Below are positions 49,461-63,009 of a stretch of 64,000 nt of DNA, in pieces. The position numbers and the translations under genes are program-made. The stretch is from Octopus sinensis (Eukaryota): NCBI RefSeq assembly GCF_006345805.1, contig NC_043019.1:3472001-3536000 (forward strand), in the 5' to 3' direction. The stretch's first letter is position 1; each line of letters opens with the position of its first letter. The notes beneath the pieces were generated by a model that saw nothing but the letters and a program-made list of their open reading frames with translations, was not told the origin of the DNA and made no database searches.

Positions 49461-51395
49461 TGTAACCTTATTTCTGTATTTTGTATTTTAATTATAATTG
49501 TATTTTGCCTGTCGCTCTATCTTTGGGTTTTGTTTTGTCTGTAAACAACTGAAAAGGACGCATCACTTTGGGTATGCATTCACACACTGGGTGAAATGAC
49601 GGTAGGATCTAACGAAGGACTTATTTAAAGTAATAACCCGGAAAGTGCATTTTACACTTTGGTTGCAGGATATTCATTACACATCTCACCAATGTATTAC
49701 AAGTGTAAAAACGTATCGAAACAACTGTAGCCTTTTAAATAAAGAATATCGTTCATTTTATTTTCTATCGTTTATCTATTTACATAAATTCTACAGATAA
49801 TTTGGAATTATTGATAGATGTCCAGTTGCAATAGCATTTCCACTGTATGTTGATATCAGGTGGCCAATAACTGTGAACGAGCTTTACGTAGAATTCTACA
49901 AAGTTTTTACTCGAATATTATTTAACTCTGTGTGTGTAAGTGTGTACGCATACGTGTGTATGTGTGTTCCTTCTCCCTTCTCCTTACTCCCTTTGTTTCT
50001 TTCCCTCATCCTCTCTTTTGTCCCCCTTCCCCTCTGCCTGTTTGCTCACACGTGACTACAGGCTATTTCTCTCACTTCTGTCTTTTCTGGACGCGACGTC
50101 CATTTAGTTGGACGTCATTTCTCTCGCCTCCTGACATTTTTCTCTTGTACTATTTTCTTCTCTTATTCTATATCCTTTCAAAATTTCCCCCAAGCGTTAC
50201 CCATTGCAATGCGTCTTGGCCTAACGGCCTCTAGTTTGTCTTCGTTGATAGTTTACTCTGTACGTCAACTCTGTTGCCGTTTGTTCGTTCGAAGCTTTAA
50301 CTCGCCACAAATTTTACATTTAAAAAATTTCTGGATGCTGCTGTCTTATGACATCTTCCTATCTTGTTGAAAGCTCGAAACAGGGAATAATAAACAGTCG
50401 ACAACTGAAGAGGAGTTAGACTTCTTTTGGTATTTTGTCCCATACTTGTCTCTCGTTAGGTGCTTACATATTTGTCTCTCGTATTTGTCTTGCGTATTTG
50501 TCTCGTATTTGTCTTACGCATTTATCTCTCGTTACGTGTTTGTCTCTGGCATTTGTCAGGGCGTGTATAAGTCTTGAAAAATTTTCAAAAATCGATTCCA
50601 GGTGAGAATGCGATCAATAAAGCCGTTTTTCTTTGGAATAGAAAAAAAAGTTTATCTTTATTTCTTCTTTTGCTGGTGTCTCAAATTTAGGTTAAATCAG
50701 TGTTTCTCAAAGGGGAGGCCTATAGGACGGACTGACAAGTTGTTTTGAGAAAATTTGGTTTAAATGTTTGACAACTCAGCACCGTCCATTGGACAGGGTG
50801 CGTTTTGCTCGTAGTTTATATAAGATGAATTCAATCATATTTCTCAGTGGTACTTGTTGCTGAGTATGGTACATTAGAATGGCGTACCTCAGTTGGTACT
50901 TCTGAAATGCTTTACATATCACTACAAGATAGTACACATGCAAGTACCTGTGAATGTAACACAATGAGGGATTTCATTAGGGTTCTTTTTATGAAATTTT
51001 GGGATATCACTCTCATCACTAACAGTTTCAACAGCATTTTACTTACACCTTTTAAGGACAATTTACTTTCATTTTTTTAGGATAATTTACTTTCACTTTT
51101 TTAGGACAATATGCTATCACATTTTACAGCCATAATCTGCTCGTTAACCCTTTCACTTCCTTAGAAAAATAGATCTGTGATAATTAATAAGATACCCCTT
51201 TACTCAACTTAGAACAATGACATTGAGAAAATATTATGGAAGTTCAGCACAGCCTAACTATTAGACAGCATATAATGAACCTGACTATTTTCTTTTAGAG
51301 ACCCGACAAATAATGTGAGTTCATGGCTGCTTCCTGCACCAGTTTCGCATAGCCCCAGCCCATCAAAAGTACCATGGATTGCAGAACGACCTGCT

Positions 51396-51991
51396 GTGCT
51401 TACTTCGGATCGTAGGGTGACCTGCTGTGCTTGAGGAGACCTATTGAGTCAAGTACATCAACATCAAAATGAATATCAAATGGAAATTGTAGTTGTGATA
51501 CCTGTTCCGGTGGCACGTTAAAAAGCTCCATCCGAACGTGGCCAATGCTAGCGCCGCCTTGACTGGCTTCTGTGCTGGTGGCACATGATCTGCTGTGCTT
51601 GAGGAGACTGATTGAATCAAGTACATCAACATCAAAATAAATATCAAATGGAAATTGTAGTTGTGATGCCAGTGCCGGTGGCACGTTAAAAAGCTCCATC
51701 CGAACGTGGTCGATGCCGTGCGCCTTGACTGGCTTCTGTGCCGGTGGCACGTAAAAAGCACCAACCGATTGTGGCCGTTGCCAGCCTCCCCTGGCACCTG
51801 TGCCGGTGGCACGTAAAAAGCACCCACTACACTCACGGAGTGTTTGGCATTAGGAAGGACATCAGGCTGTAGAAATTCTGCCAGATCAGACTGGAGCCTG
51901 GTGCAGCCTCCTGGCTTCCCAGACCCCGGTCGAATCGTCCAACCTGTGCTAGCACGGAAAACGGACGTTAAAAGATGATGATGATGATGAT
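51396..51991 (+). mobile_element. SINE-like family D, long copy with about 169-bp internal duplication
   Basis: CTGCTGTGCTTGAGGAGAC block at about 51422 and 51591. (GAT)n tail. Confidence 0.85.
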
Positions 51992-52288
51992 CAAAAGGAT
52001 GACAGTTGCATTGTATTTACTCATAGGAATTCCAAATTATTATTGTTGTGTCAAAGTGAGCTTAAAAGCTAATGAATGATATCATCCTGGCTGTTAAATT
52101 AAACCATTATGGCAGTTGAGGAATGTCTGTGTGTCTGTCATCTTCCTTTCTAATTGGTAGCATTTGAGAGTGATATAGCATCATTTCTATGTCATTGACA
52201 GATTACCCAATGACAAAAGACATATGCACACGAAATTTATCTGTCTGTCTGTCTGTCTGTCCGTCCGTCCGTCCGTCCGTCCGTCTGC

Positions 52289-52462
<174 letters not shown>

Positions 52463-53157
52463 GTCTGTCTGTCTATCTATCTATCTTTCTCTCTCCATGT
52501 ATATGTTCTTTCTTGTTCTTTTGTTCTTTAACTTGTTTCTGTCATTTGACTGCGGCCATGCTGGAGCACCGACTTTAGTCGTGCAAATCGACCCCAGAAC
52601 TTATTCTTTGTAAGCCTAGTACTTATTCTATCGGTCTCTTTTGCCGAACCGCTAAGTAACGGGGACATAAACACACCAGCACCGGTTGTCAAGCGATGTT
52701 GGGGGGACAAACACAGACATACAAACATACACGCACACATATACATATATACGACGGGCTTCTTTCCAGTTTCCGTCTACTAAATCCACTCACAAGGCTT
52801 TGGTCGGCCTGAGGCTATAGTAGAAGACACTTCCCAAGGTGCAACGCAGTGGGACTGAACCCGGAACCATGTGGTTGGTAAGTGTGGCTGGTAAGCAAGC
52901 TACTTACCACACAGTCACTCCTACGCTTATATATAAATTTTTTATTCTTTTACTTGTTTCAATTGACTGCGGCCATGCAGGAGCACCACCTTTTTAGTCG
53001 AACACATCGATCCCAAGAATTACTTTTTGTAAGTCTAGTACTTATTCTATCAGTCTCTTTTGCCAAACCGCTAAGTCACAGGTACGTAAACACACACCAA
53101 CATCGGGTGTCAAGCAATGGTGGAGGAGACAAACACAGACACACAAATGCATGCATG

Positions 53158-53194
<37 letters not shown>

Positions 53195-53468
53195 TTGATG
53201 CTGATATAGTGGGCTTCTTTCAGTTTCTGTTTACCAAATCCACAAGGCTTTGGTTAGCCCAAGACTGTAATAGAAGACACTTGCCCAAGGTAACATGCAG
53301 TGGGACTGAACTTCTTACAACACGGCTACTCTTATGATTATCTTTATAATAAAATAGGAAAATGGAAATCGTTTGGTATCATATATTCTCCATTACATGT
53401 GTTTCATTTGCTAATAGGAATCACAAAGATTTACATGTTAGATAGAAATGTAAATAATTTACTGTGTG

Positions 53469-53551
<83 letters not shown>

Positions 53552-54501
53552 TGTGTGTGTTTGTGTGTCTGTGATTGTCCTCCCACCATCGCTTGACAAC
53601 TAATGCTGGTGTGTTTAAGTCCTCCTAATTTAGCAGTTCGGCAAAAGAGACCAATGGAATAAGTACTAGGCTTACAAAAGAATAAGTCCCAGAGTTGATT
53701 TGTTCGACTAAAGGCAGTGCTCCAGCATGGCCGCAGTCAAATGACTGAAACAAGTAAAAGTATAAAAGAAAAAAAAAAAGGGAACATCTCTCTTTTACTC
53801 ATTTCAGTCATTAGTCAATATTTCTGAATAGAAGTGGTATTGTCACTCTTTAGCGACCAGATGTCTACAAGCGTCTAAAAGTGTAGATAACAAGCTGTTG
53901 TAAAACTATGAAGAAATAAATAAAAACAAGTAAAAATGTAAGCATATAAGGATATAAAGATACAGGAAAAATCAATTATAACTGAAAACTCAATATGAAG
54001 GTCATAATACTAAGTAGGTCAATTAAATATATGCTTGCAGGAAAAAACTGAATCAAATTGTAAGATTACCGTTATCTAAGTCGATTACTGCTTGTCAGTC
54101 AATTGTAAAACGTAAATGTTCACATAATGTGTTTTATAGCATTCATCAGCCACCGATTCATTGAAACAACTGTAAAGATATTTTTTCTCTGATCATTACC
54201 AGCGTTGCCTTACTGGCACTTGTGCATGTGCCAGAGGACGTGGAACAAGTATAGTGTTATTGAACACTCCGGAAAAGAAAGAAAGAAAGGGGATTTAACA
54301 TTTTGATTGGAGCTCTTCATCAGAAATATAGGAAAGGGAAAGATATACACACGGTCACATATATTTAAAATTATAATTTAGGGTATCTAAGAGAGACCAC
54401 CATGCAGAAATAACAGTCAAAACTTGACTCTAAAACCACATTAAATGTTCATATAGCACCAGGAGGGAAGACAAAGTAAACGAGCAAAAAAAATTATATA
54501 T

Positions 54502-54543
<42 letters not shown>

Positions 54544-54638
54544 ATTATATATGATATATGTTTATATATATATGATATATACATATGTATATATTATATG
54601 ATATATGTGTGTATATATATATATATGATAATTATATA

Positions 54639-54696
<58 letters not shown>

Positions 54697-55377
54697 GTAT
54701 ATGTATGTATATATGTATTTTTTTCTCTGATCATTACCAGCGTTGCCTTACTGGCACTTGTGCATGTGCCAGTAGGGTGCTAATCCGAGTGTGATCGTTG
54801 CCAGAGCAGCCAACTGGGTTCCGTGCCCGTGGCACGTAAAAGGGCACCATTCAAGCGTGATCGTTACCAACGTCGCTTCACTGGCACCTGTGTAAAAAGG
54901 TGGCACGTGTAAAAAAGATACGAGCAAGGTCGTTGCCAGTACCGCCTGACTGGCGCCCGTACCGGTGGCACATAAAAAGCACCCACTATACTCTCGGAGT
55001 GGTTAGCGTTAGGAAGTGCATCCGGCTGTTGAAAGTCAGCCAGATCAAGACTGGAGCCTGGTACAGCCATCGGGTTCGCCAGCCCTCAGTCAAAATCGTC
55101 CAACCCATGCTAGCATGGAAAGCGGACGTTAAACGATGATGATGATGATGATGATGATAATGATGAAATGAATTGTTGTCCCTCAATTGTTTTTTCATCT
55201 TGTCTGTTTATTATTTATTTATGCAATGTATTTCTTATGGCCAACTCCTGTCTTGCAGGACTGTTTCACGCTTATTAGGAAGTTGGAGCTTAAAAATATA
55301 ACCATCCTGAGAACTTATTTGGTGCATATCTATGAGCTAATAATATTCTACTTTCCTTTTTTTTGTTGTTGTTGTAA

Positions 55378-55764
55378 CTGTTTGTTTGTTTGTTTATTTG
55401 TTGAGCGAAGCGGTCTTCGTCCTGTAGTGGGAGAAGTCCGAAACGTGGTCCTTTGCTATTCATAAGACCCGCAGAAGAGAAAACAGGTCAACCCCCGACA
55501 CCAAGAGCATCGACAGATGGATGAATGCGCATCCAGGCTCAGCGGTTGCGTAGGAAGTCGGGGACAAGAAACAGGAAGAAAGAGTGAGAGAAAGTTGGAG
55601 CGAAAGAGTACAACAGAGGTCGCCACCACCCCCTGCTGGAGCCTCGTGGAGCTTTAGGTGTTTTCGCTCAATAAACACACACACAACGCCCGGTCTGGGG
55701 ATTGAAACCGCGATCCTCCGACCGCGAGTCCGCTGCCCTAACCATTGGGCCATTGCGCCTCCAC
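55378..55764 (-). mobile_element. SINE family E variant (same head, different 3' body)
   Basis: Head as in 36743-37050. The 3' body recurs at 56390-56610 and a head stub at 34760-34797. Confidence 0.8.
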
Positions 55765-56118
55765 AGCTTTTGCTGTCTTTCCTGTTGTTGTTGATGCCAT
55801 TGTTGTTATTGTAGTTGCAGGTTTCAAATTTTTTTTTTTGATATCGGGAGCCTCAAACTCGTTGGCATCCCATCGACCTTTCTATTTTCGTAATAGGACC
55901 GTGGCTATTAGTTATCATCCACTTCTTGCCCCTACAATGATAGTGCACCACAGTCCCATCTCCTGATCAGTTTACAAGAAGTCAGAGGAGCCTGCGATAT
56001 CAGAAGAGAAGAAAAACTGGTGGGTGAATGTATGTATGTCAGTGTGTGAATGGTTTGTGCTGGAGTTGGTGTTTTTTGCCTGTGAAGAACTCTTCCTTTT
56101 CAATTGTAGCTTCAATAA

Positions 56119-56349
56119 GGCGGCGAGCTGGCAGAACCGTTAGCACGCCGGGCGAAATGCGTAGCAGTATTTCGTCTGCCGTTACGTTCTGGGTTCAAAT
56201 TCCGCCGAGGTCGACTTTGCCTTTCATCCTTTCTGGGTCGATAAATTAAGTACCAGTTACGCACTGGGGTCGATGTAATCGACTTAATCCGTTTGTCTGT
56301 CCTTGTTTGTCCCCTCTGTGTTTAGCCCCTTGTGGGTAGTAAAGAAATA
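56119..56349 (+). mobile_element. SINE family A, full length
   Basis: Near-consensus copy. Confidence 0.9.
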
Positions 56350-57273
56350 AATATCTTGGTTGTTCTTTGGGCTATTTCTACTGCTGCTTGTTTGTTTGTT
56401 TGTTTGTTGAGTGAAGCGGTCTTCATCCCAGAAGTCCAAAACGTGGTCCTTTGCTATTCGTAAAACCCGCAGAAGATAAAGCAGGTCAACCCCCAACACC
56501 GAGAGCATCGACGGATGGATGAACGTGCATCCAGGTTCAGCGTTTGCGTAGGAAGTTGGGGACAAGAAACAGGAAGAAAGGGAGAAAGTTGGGGTGAAAG
56601 AGTACAACAGGGGCTGTGTAGTAAGGAGCTTGTGTCTCAACCATATGGTTCCAGGTTCAGTCCCCCTATATGGCACCTTGGACAAGTGTCACAACAGCCT
56701 TGTGAGTGGATTTGGTAAATGGAAACTGAAAGAAGCCCGTCATATAAATATACATACATATATATACATATATATATATATACATATATATATACATATG
56801 TATATCTTTGTGTGTTTGTGTCTGTGTGTCCTCTCCCCCATCGTTTGACAATCAACATTGGTGTGTTAATGTTCAGCAAAAAAGACTTGTAAAATAAGCA
56901 CTAAGTTTACAAAGCATAAGTCCTGGGGTTGATTTGTTTGACTAAAACCCCTTGAGGTGGTGCTCCAGCATGGCCACAGTCAAACGACAGAAACAAGTAG
57001 AAGAATTACAAAAAGCATTTACCAGAATCTTAATTCCCAGTATTTCGCCCCTTTTCTCTGCAATATATCGTTGCTAATCATAAATAGAACCCACAGTTAA
57101 AGTCCAAAATGCTGTTTACTTGAGACCCCTGGGTGAAATTAATAACTGCTGATATAAAACAAAGCAACAACAACAATGAAAATAATAATGGTTTCAAATT
57201 TTGCCACAAGGGCAGCCATTTCAGGGAAGGAGATAAGTTGATTACACTGACCCCAGTTTTTCACTGGTACTTA

Positions 57274-57786
57274 CCATAAATCCTCGAGTACAGTCTGTCC
57301 TTGAGTATAATACGCAGGGGATTTTTAGGGGGTTGTACCTCTGAAAAACCAAAACCTTGTGTATAATACATACCCCTTCTCTAACTTGAGTCATGTGTAA
57401 TTAAGCCAGCAGCACCTAGTCGAACAAACACTTCTGCACATGTGTAAATCAATAATGGTGATGTTCTTAACTGTTATATGGGAATGTAAATGTGTTTGCA
57501 AATTGGTTTTGTTACATGTTATTCTGTGTTCTAAATACTTTTATTATAATAAATGCTGCTTACTGCAAGTTATAGATGATTTTTCATTGCTTTCAGGCTT
57601 AGGTTAAGGTATTTTCTCGCCCGACATCACAAAATGCGTTTGAATAAACATTGCCGGACAGCATATAGAGACTCGGACATTGCTTACAAGACATTTTTCC
57701 TTTTTAACGTCGTATATAGTATGCACTAGGGATTTTGACCTTTAAATTTTGGGAAAAAAGTGCAGATTATACTTGATGATTTACAG
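57274..57786 (-). mobile_element. Second pogo/Tc2 MITE, inserted in SINE A
   Basis: Removing it plus one TA restores the SINE consensus GGTACTTAATTTATC. A solo TIR stub lies at 31068-31095. Confidence 0.95.
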
Positions 57787-58228
57787 TAATTTATCAACCC
57801 CGAAAGGATGAAAGGCAAAGTTGACCTCACTCGAATTTGAACTCAGAACGTAATGACAGGCAAAAACACCAGTAAACATTTTGGCTAGCATGCTAATGAT
57901 TCTGCCAGCTCACTACCTTAACGATAAAAATAGAAAGAATAATAACAACACAAATAGAAGCAAAGTATTTTTCTTTTTCTTTCATTATTTTAAAAATGAC
58001 CACAAAATTAGTTAGAGAAATAAATTAACATAAAAATAATATTTATGGCACCATAAAGGTGTTGGCACTCTAAAAACATACAATATATGATACAGGTGAT
58101 ACCAAAAAAATAGGCTATAGCACCAGATATGATATCCATCTATAACCACTGTCTACTTAGTGGTTATGTATGCAACAACACCATATATGGGTCTGACACC
58201 GTATATAACACTATATACATATATATAA

Positions 58229-58284
<56 letters not shown>

Positions 58285-58414
58285 CTTCCACACATACAAA
58301 CATAATCTGTACATACATGCATACATATATTTATATATACATATACATAAACATGTGTGTATGTGTATATATATATATATACATGTATAAATTTATATGT
58401 ATGTATATATATTT

Positions 58415-58471
<57 letters not shown>

Positions 58472-58482
58472 TATACACATAT

Positions 58483-58788
58483 AACAATTGCAGCGTGGAA
58501 GGTGTTTATAAGCCATTTAAGGAACACACAAAACTGTTAGATTCATTTCAACATTTAAATTTAATTTGTCAAAATATTTTTGCTGCTTTGAGACCGTGAC
58601 CTGTACACTGATAAAATTCCGTGTTCATGGACAAAATTCCGTGAAGCATGGAATTTTGTCAATGAACATGTCACGGTCTCAAAGCGACGAAAATATTTTG
58701 ACAAATTAAATTTAAATGTTGAAATGAAACTAAGGGATTTTGTGTGTTTCTTAAATGGCTTATAAACACCATCCATGCTGCAATTGTT
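58483..58788. repeat. About 300-bp foldback next to (TA)n, each arm carrying a variant hammerhead-like fold
   Basis: Arms at roughly 58483-58620 and 58650-58788 are reverse complements, with an additional inner hairpin. Confidence 0.85.
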
Positions 58789-58850
58789 TTCGTTCCAGCA
58801 CATGAGCTCAGATCAAGTCACTTGCTATGCAAGTACATCTCCGAAATATA

Positions 58851-58899
<49 letters not shown>

Positions 58900-59403
58900 A
58901 CACTCTCTCACACACACCACACATACACACACACACATATATATATATACATACAATGTATAACTGGAATTTTTAGTGCTATGTGTTTGATAGGGTATCA
59001 GATGGGATGCAGTACAACAGCAGAATGCATTATCATAACGATTCCACTCGTTTATGGTACAAATGGTACAAAAAGCTCCCACAACACCGTGAATGGTGAC
59101 AGCCTTCGCACCGTGATGGCATTCTCTTCTACAGGTGAAATTCTTACAAGTCGTTTTGCTAGCAAAACAGTTGCAATACTGACATAGAATAACCAATTAA
59201 ACTTCGGTCATTCAATATCAGGAAGAATAAAAAAAAAAAATAGAAAAGAAAATAGTTTATAAATTATAGATGATATTCATAGTCACAAAAACAATAACAA
59301 AAAAATGGAATGGTGCGTGATTCCTTGAATAATCTTTGAATTTCTGAAACAAGGTCATTCTTATTCTTGGTCTCTTCACAGCTGTTTTTCTCTTAATGAT
59401 GGC

Positions 59404-59458
<55 letters not shown>

Positions 59459-59588
59459 TAGTAGTTTTATTTTTTTAGCGTGCTTTCACTTCACTACCGA
59501 GCGCAGCTCTGTGTGCCTTGGGTATGTGCTGTGATTTGTTGTGATGCTCTGATGGTTACTGTATTGAAAGTGCTTTATCATTATTATA

Positions 59589-59638
<50 letters not shown>

Positions 59639-59766
59639 TAGTTTTATTTTTTTAGCGTGCTTTCACTTCACTACCGAGCGCAGCTCTGTGTGCCTTGGGT
59701 ATGTGCTGTGATTTGTTGTGATGCTCTGATGGTTACTGTATTGAAAGTGCTTTATCATTATTATTA

Positions 59767-59813
<47 letters not shown>

Positions 59814-59940
59814 TAGTTTTATTTTTTAGCGTGCTTTCACTTCACTACCGAGCGCAGCTCTGTGTGCCTTGGGTATGCGCTGTGATTTGTTGTGATGCTC
59901 TGATGGTTACTGTATTGAAAGTGCTTTATCATTATTATTA

Positions 59941-59981
<41 letters not shown>

Positions 59982-60097
59982 TAGTTTTATTTTTTTAGCG
60001 TGCTTTCACTTCACTACCGAGCGCAGCTCTGTGTGCCTTGGGTATGTGCTGTGATTTGTTGTGATGCTCTGATGGTTACTGTATTGAAAGTGCTTTA

Positions 60098-60099
<2 letters not shown>
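59459..60099 (-). repeat. Four tandem copies of the same R4/Dong 3' end separated by (TAT)n
   Basis: About 120-bp units at 59459, 59636, 59811 and 59979, matching 13030-13142 in reverse. A different putative (TAA)-tailed 3' end follows at 60130-60275. Confidence 0.85.
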
Positions 60100-60129
<30 letters not shown>

Positions 60130-60585
60130 GTTATTTTATGTTTGACTTTTGCTTTACATTTGTACAAGTTGGCTCCAAGTCTCACCCAGAGACCTCAAGA
60201 GACAAGTTGGAAGTTCATGTTGGTGTTATACCTAGGGTGTCATATATTTGGTTTTGTACATAGTGTTGTTCTAGAGAATGTTTAAGAAACCATAAGAAAA
60301 TTATGTTTGTTTTAAAACCTGAGATTATTATTATTATTATTATCATTATTATTACTGTCATTATTGTTATTTCACTTACGAGCAAGAGATGAGACTGTTG
60401 GAAAAAATTCCTGAAGTCAGGCTACAACAAGTAATCTTGAAACCTGATATAAGGAATTATCATTATTATTATTATTAGTAGTAGTAGTAGTAGTAGTATT
60501 ATAATTATCATTATCATCATTACTATTATCATTATAATTATTATTCATTATTTTTACTCATTTAGCCAATCATTATGCAGTTTTT

Positions 60586-60618
<33 letters not shown>

Positions 60619-60892
60619 ATTTCGACCAAGTTGAAGCCTGACATAGTAGGCCAATTATATGTGGCAGCTATATCCATCCTACCTCTCATTCAGACATAGT
60701 GTATCTAGGGCTACATTATCCAATGTGCGTCATCTGCTTTTTTTTTTTCTTTTATGCTGAATACAGTAGGATATGATTTGAGGACGTTAGCTGCTATTTC
60801 AGCCAGGTCAGTGCGACCAGGGACTGCTGTCCCCTTCACTGACCCTTATAAAGGCTCTCACATTGACTTCTTGTTGATGTTGTTGTAGCTGT

Positions 60893-61047
60893 TTATGGAT
60901 TTTCAGTTGTTTCTTCTTTCTTTTGACAATGGGATCTCCAGAACATCACAGCAGGAACTAACATAACAAGGGATGCTGATATCAAACTTATCATACTACT
61001 GAGAAATAACGACAACTGGTAATTGTTTGATATGTCAGCAATTTTAC
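60893..61047 (-). CDS. SLC16/MCT-like protein, terminal coding exon
   Basis: Acceptor AATTGCAG, phase 1: (G)KIADISNNYQLSLFLSSMISLISASLVMLVPAVMFWRSHCQKKEETTENP-stop. This completes the GPLAG-KIAD TM11-TM12 pattern. Confidence 0.85.
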
Positions 61048-61199
61048 CTGCAATTAACAAAACATAATAACCAATTAAAAAAAATAATAAATAAAGGCAC
61101 ATAAAACATTATAAAACAACAAGTAACAGGTGTACTAGTAATCAGTATTAAAACAAGATATTAATTAGTACAAATGTATGTGTGTGAAGGGTACCCTCA

Positions 61200-61430
61200 G
61201 GCGGCGAGCTGGCAGAAACGTTAGCACGCCGGGCGAAATGCTTACCGGTATTTTGCCTACTGCTATGTTCTGAGTTCAAATTCCGCCGAGGTCGACTTTG
61301 CCTTTCATCCTTTCAGGGTCGATTAAATAAGTACCAGTAACGCATTGGGGTCGATATAATCGATTTAATTCGTCTGTCTGTCCTTGTTTGTCCCCTCTGT
61401 GTTTAGCCCCTTGTGGGTAGTAAAGAAATA
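61200..61430 (+). mobile_element. SINE family A, full length
   Basis: A/B boxes and AAAGAAATA end. TSD GGTACCCT at 61190-61197 and 61431-61438. Confidence 0.9.
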
Positions 61431-61665
61431 GGTACCCTTTGTAATGCTGACCACTTAGCAGAATGTACTGGGTGCTTTTATGTGGTACCAGCACCAGGGA
61501 GGTCACCAAGTACCTCTGCAGGATAAGATCCTTCAAGTGAGGTGGGTAAAGACTAATGGAAATAGAAACTATGATAAAAGAAGGGCTGCTGTTTTGCTGA
61601 ATGGATGAACACATGGCTTGCCCATCTGGAAAGTGAGAGAGATGTTCAGGTACAATGTGAATATG

Positions 61666-62085
61666 AGCGTAGGAGTGGCTGTGTGGTAAGTAGCTTGCTT
61701 ACCAACCACATGGTTCCGTGTTCAGTCCCACTGCATAGTACCTCGGGCAAGTGTCTCCTACTATAGCCTAGGGCCGACCATAGCCTTGTGAGTGGATTTG
61801 GTAGACAGAAACTGAAAGAAGCTCGTCATATATATGTATATATATATGTGTGTGTATGTGTGTGTATGTATGTTTGTGTGTCTGTGTTTGTCCCCCTAAC
61901 ATCGCTCAACAACCGATGGAGGTATGCTTACATCCCCATAACTTAGCGGTTCGGCAAAAGAGACCGATAGAATAAGTACTAGGCTTACAAAGAATAAGTC
62001 TTGGGGGTCGATTTGCTTGACTAAAAGACAGTGCTCCAGCATGGCCACAGTCAAATGACTGAAACAAGTAAAAGAGTAAAGATTA
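61666..62085 (+). mobile_element. SINE family B, full length
   Basis: Consensus head, internal microsatellite and AAAAGAGTAAAGA tail. Lies in the MCT intron. Confidence 0.9.
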
Positions 62086-62530
62086 AAGAATAATGAGGTA
62101 GAATAAGATAGAAAAGCAGAAAAGGTAGAGTGAAAAAAGTATGACAGATGATTAGGGATAGGGAATGAGCTGGACTGTGGATATCAGTTCAGAGTAGGGA
62201 GAAGGGAAGAAAATGGGGGTAGCATAGAAGATTGATGAAAGAGTAGGTGACAGAAGATGTATTGTGGGGTCAGGCTCAACAGAACCTCAATTCTGCAGAC
62301 ATGATTATGAAAAGCAGAGAAACTGATAGAGTATGACAAATGCAAAATTAGAGGGAAGAGACGAAGAAGAGGTCATCATCATCATCATCATCATCATCGT
62401 TTAACATCCGCTTTCCATGCTAGCATGGGTTGGACGTATGACTGAAGGCTGGCGAACCAGATGGCTGCACCAGGCTCCAGTCTTGATCTGGCAGAGCTTC
62501 TACAGCTGGATGCCCTTCCTAACACCAACC

Positions 62531-62765
62531 TATTTCTTTATTACCCACAAGGGGCTAAACATAGAGGGGACAAACAAGGACAGACATTGGTATTAAGTCG
62601 ATTAAATCGACCCCAGTACGTAACTGGTACTTAATTTATCGACCCCGAAAGGATGAAAGGCAAAGTCGACCTCGGCAGAATTTGAACTCACAACGTAACG
62701 ACAGACGAAATACGGCTACGCATTTCGCCCGGCGCGCTAACGTCTCTGCCAGCTCACCGCCCTAA
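62531..62765 (-). mobile_element. SINE family A nested in SINE family D
   Basis: 13-bp TSD CCTAACACCAACC at 62518-62530 and 62766-62778. Confidence 0.9.
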
Positions 62766-63009
62766 CCTAACACCAACCACTCCGAGAGTGTAGTGGGTGC
62801 TTTTATGTGCCACCAGCATGAGGTCAGTCAGGCGGCACTGGCAACGACCTCACTCGAATCTTTTACACATGCCACCGGCACAGGTGCCAGTAAGGCGATG
62901 CTATAAAAGAAAAACAAAAAGTCAGAAAGGATCTTAGGAAGAATGAAAGAGAGGAAAAAAGGGCACAGAGACAATAGAGAGAAGTAAAAAAGATAAGAAG
63001 GTAACTAAC

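Noticed and set aside
50190-50235. Helitron-like 3' end (hairpin plus CTAGT)
   Set aside because: Weak hairpin, no matching 5' TC head and no second copy in the window.
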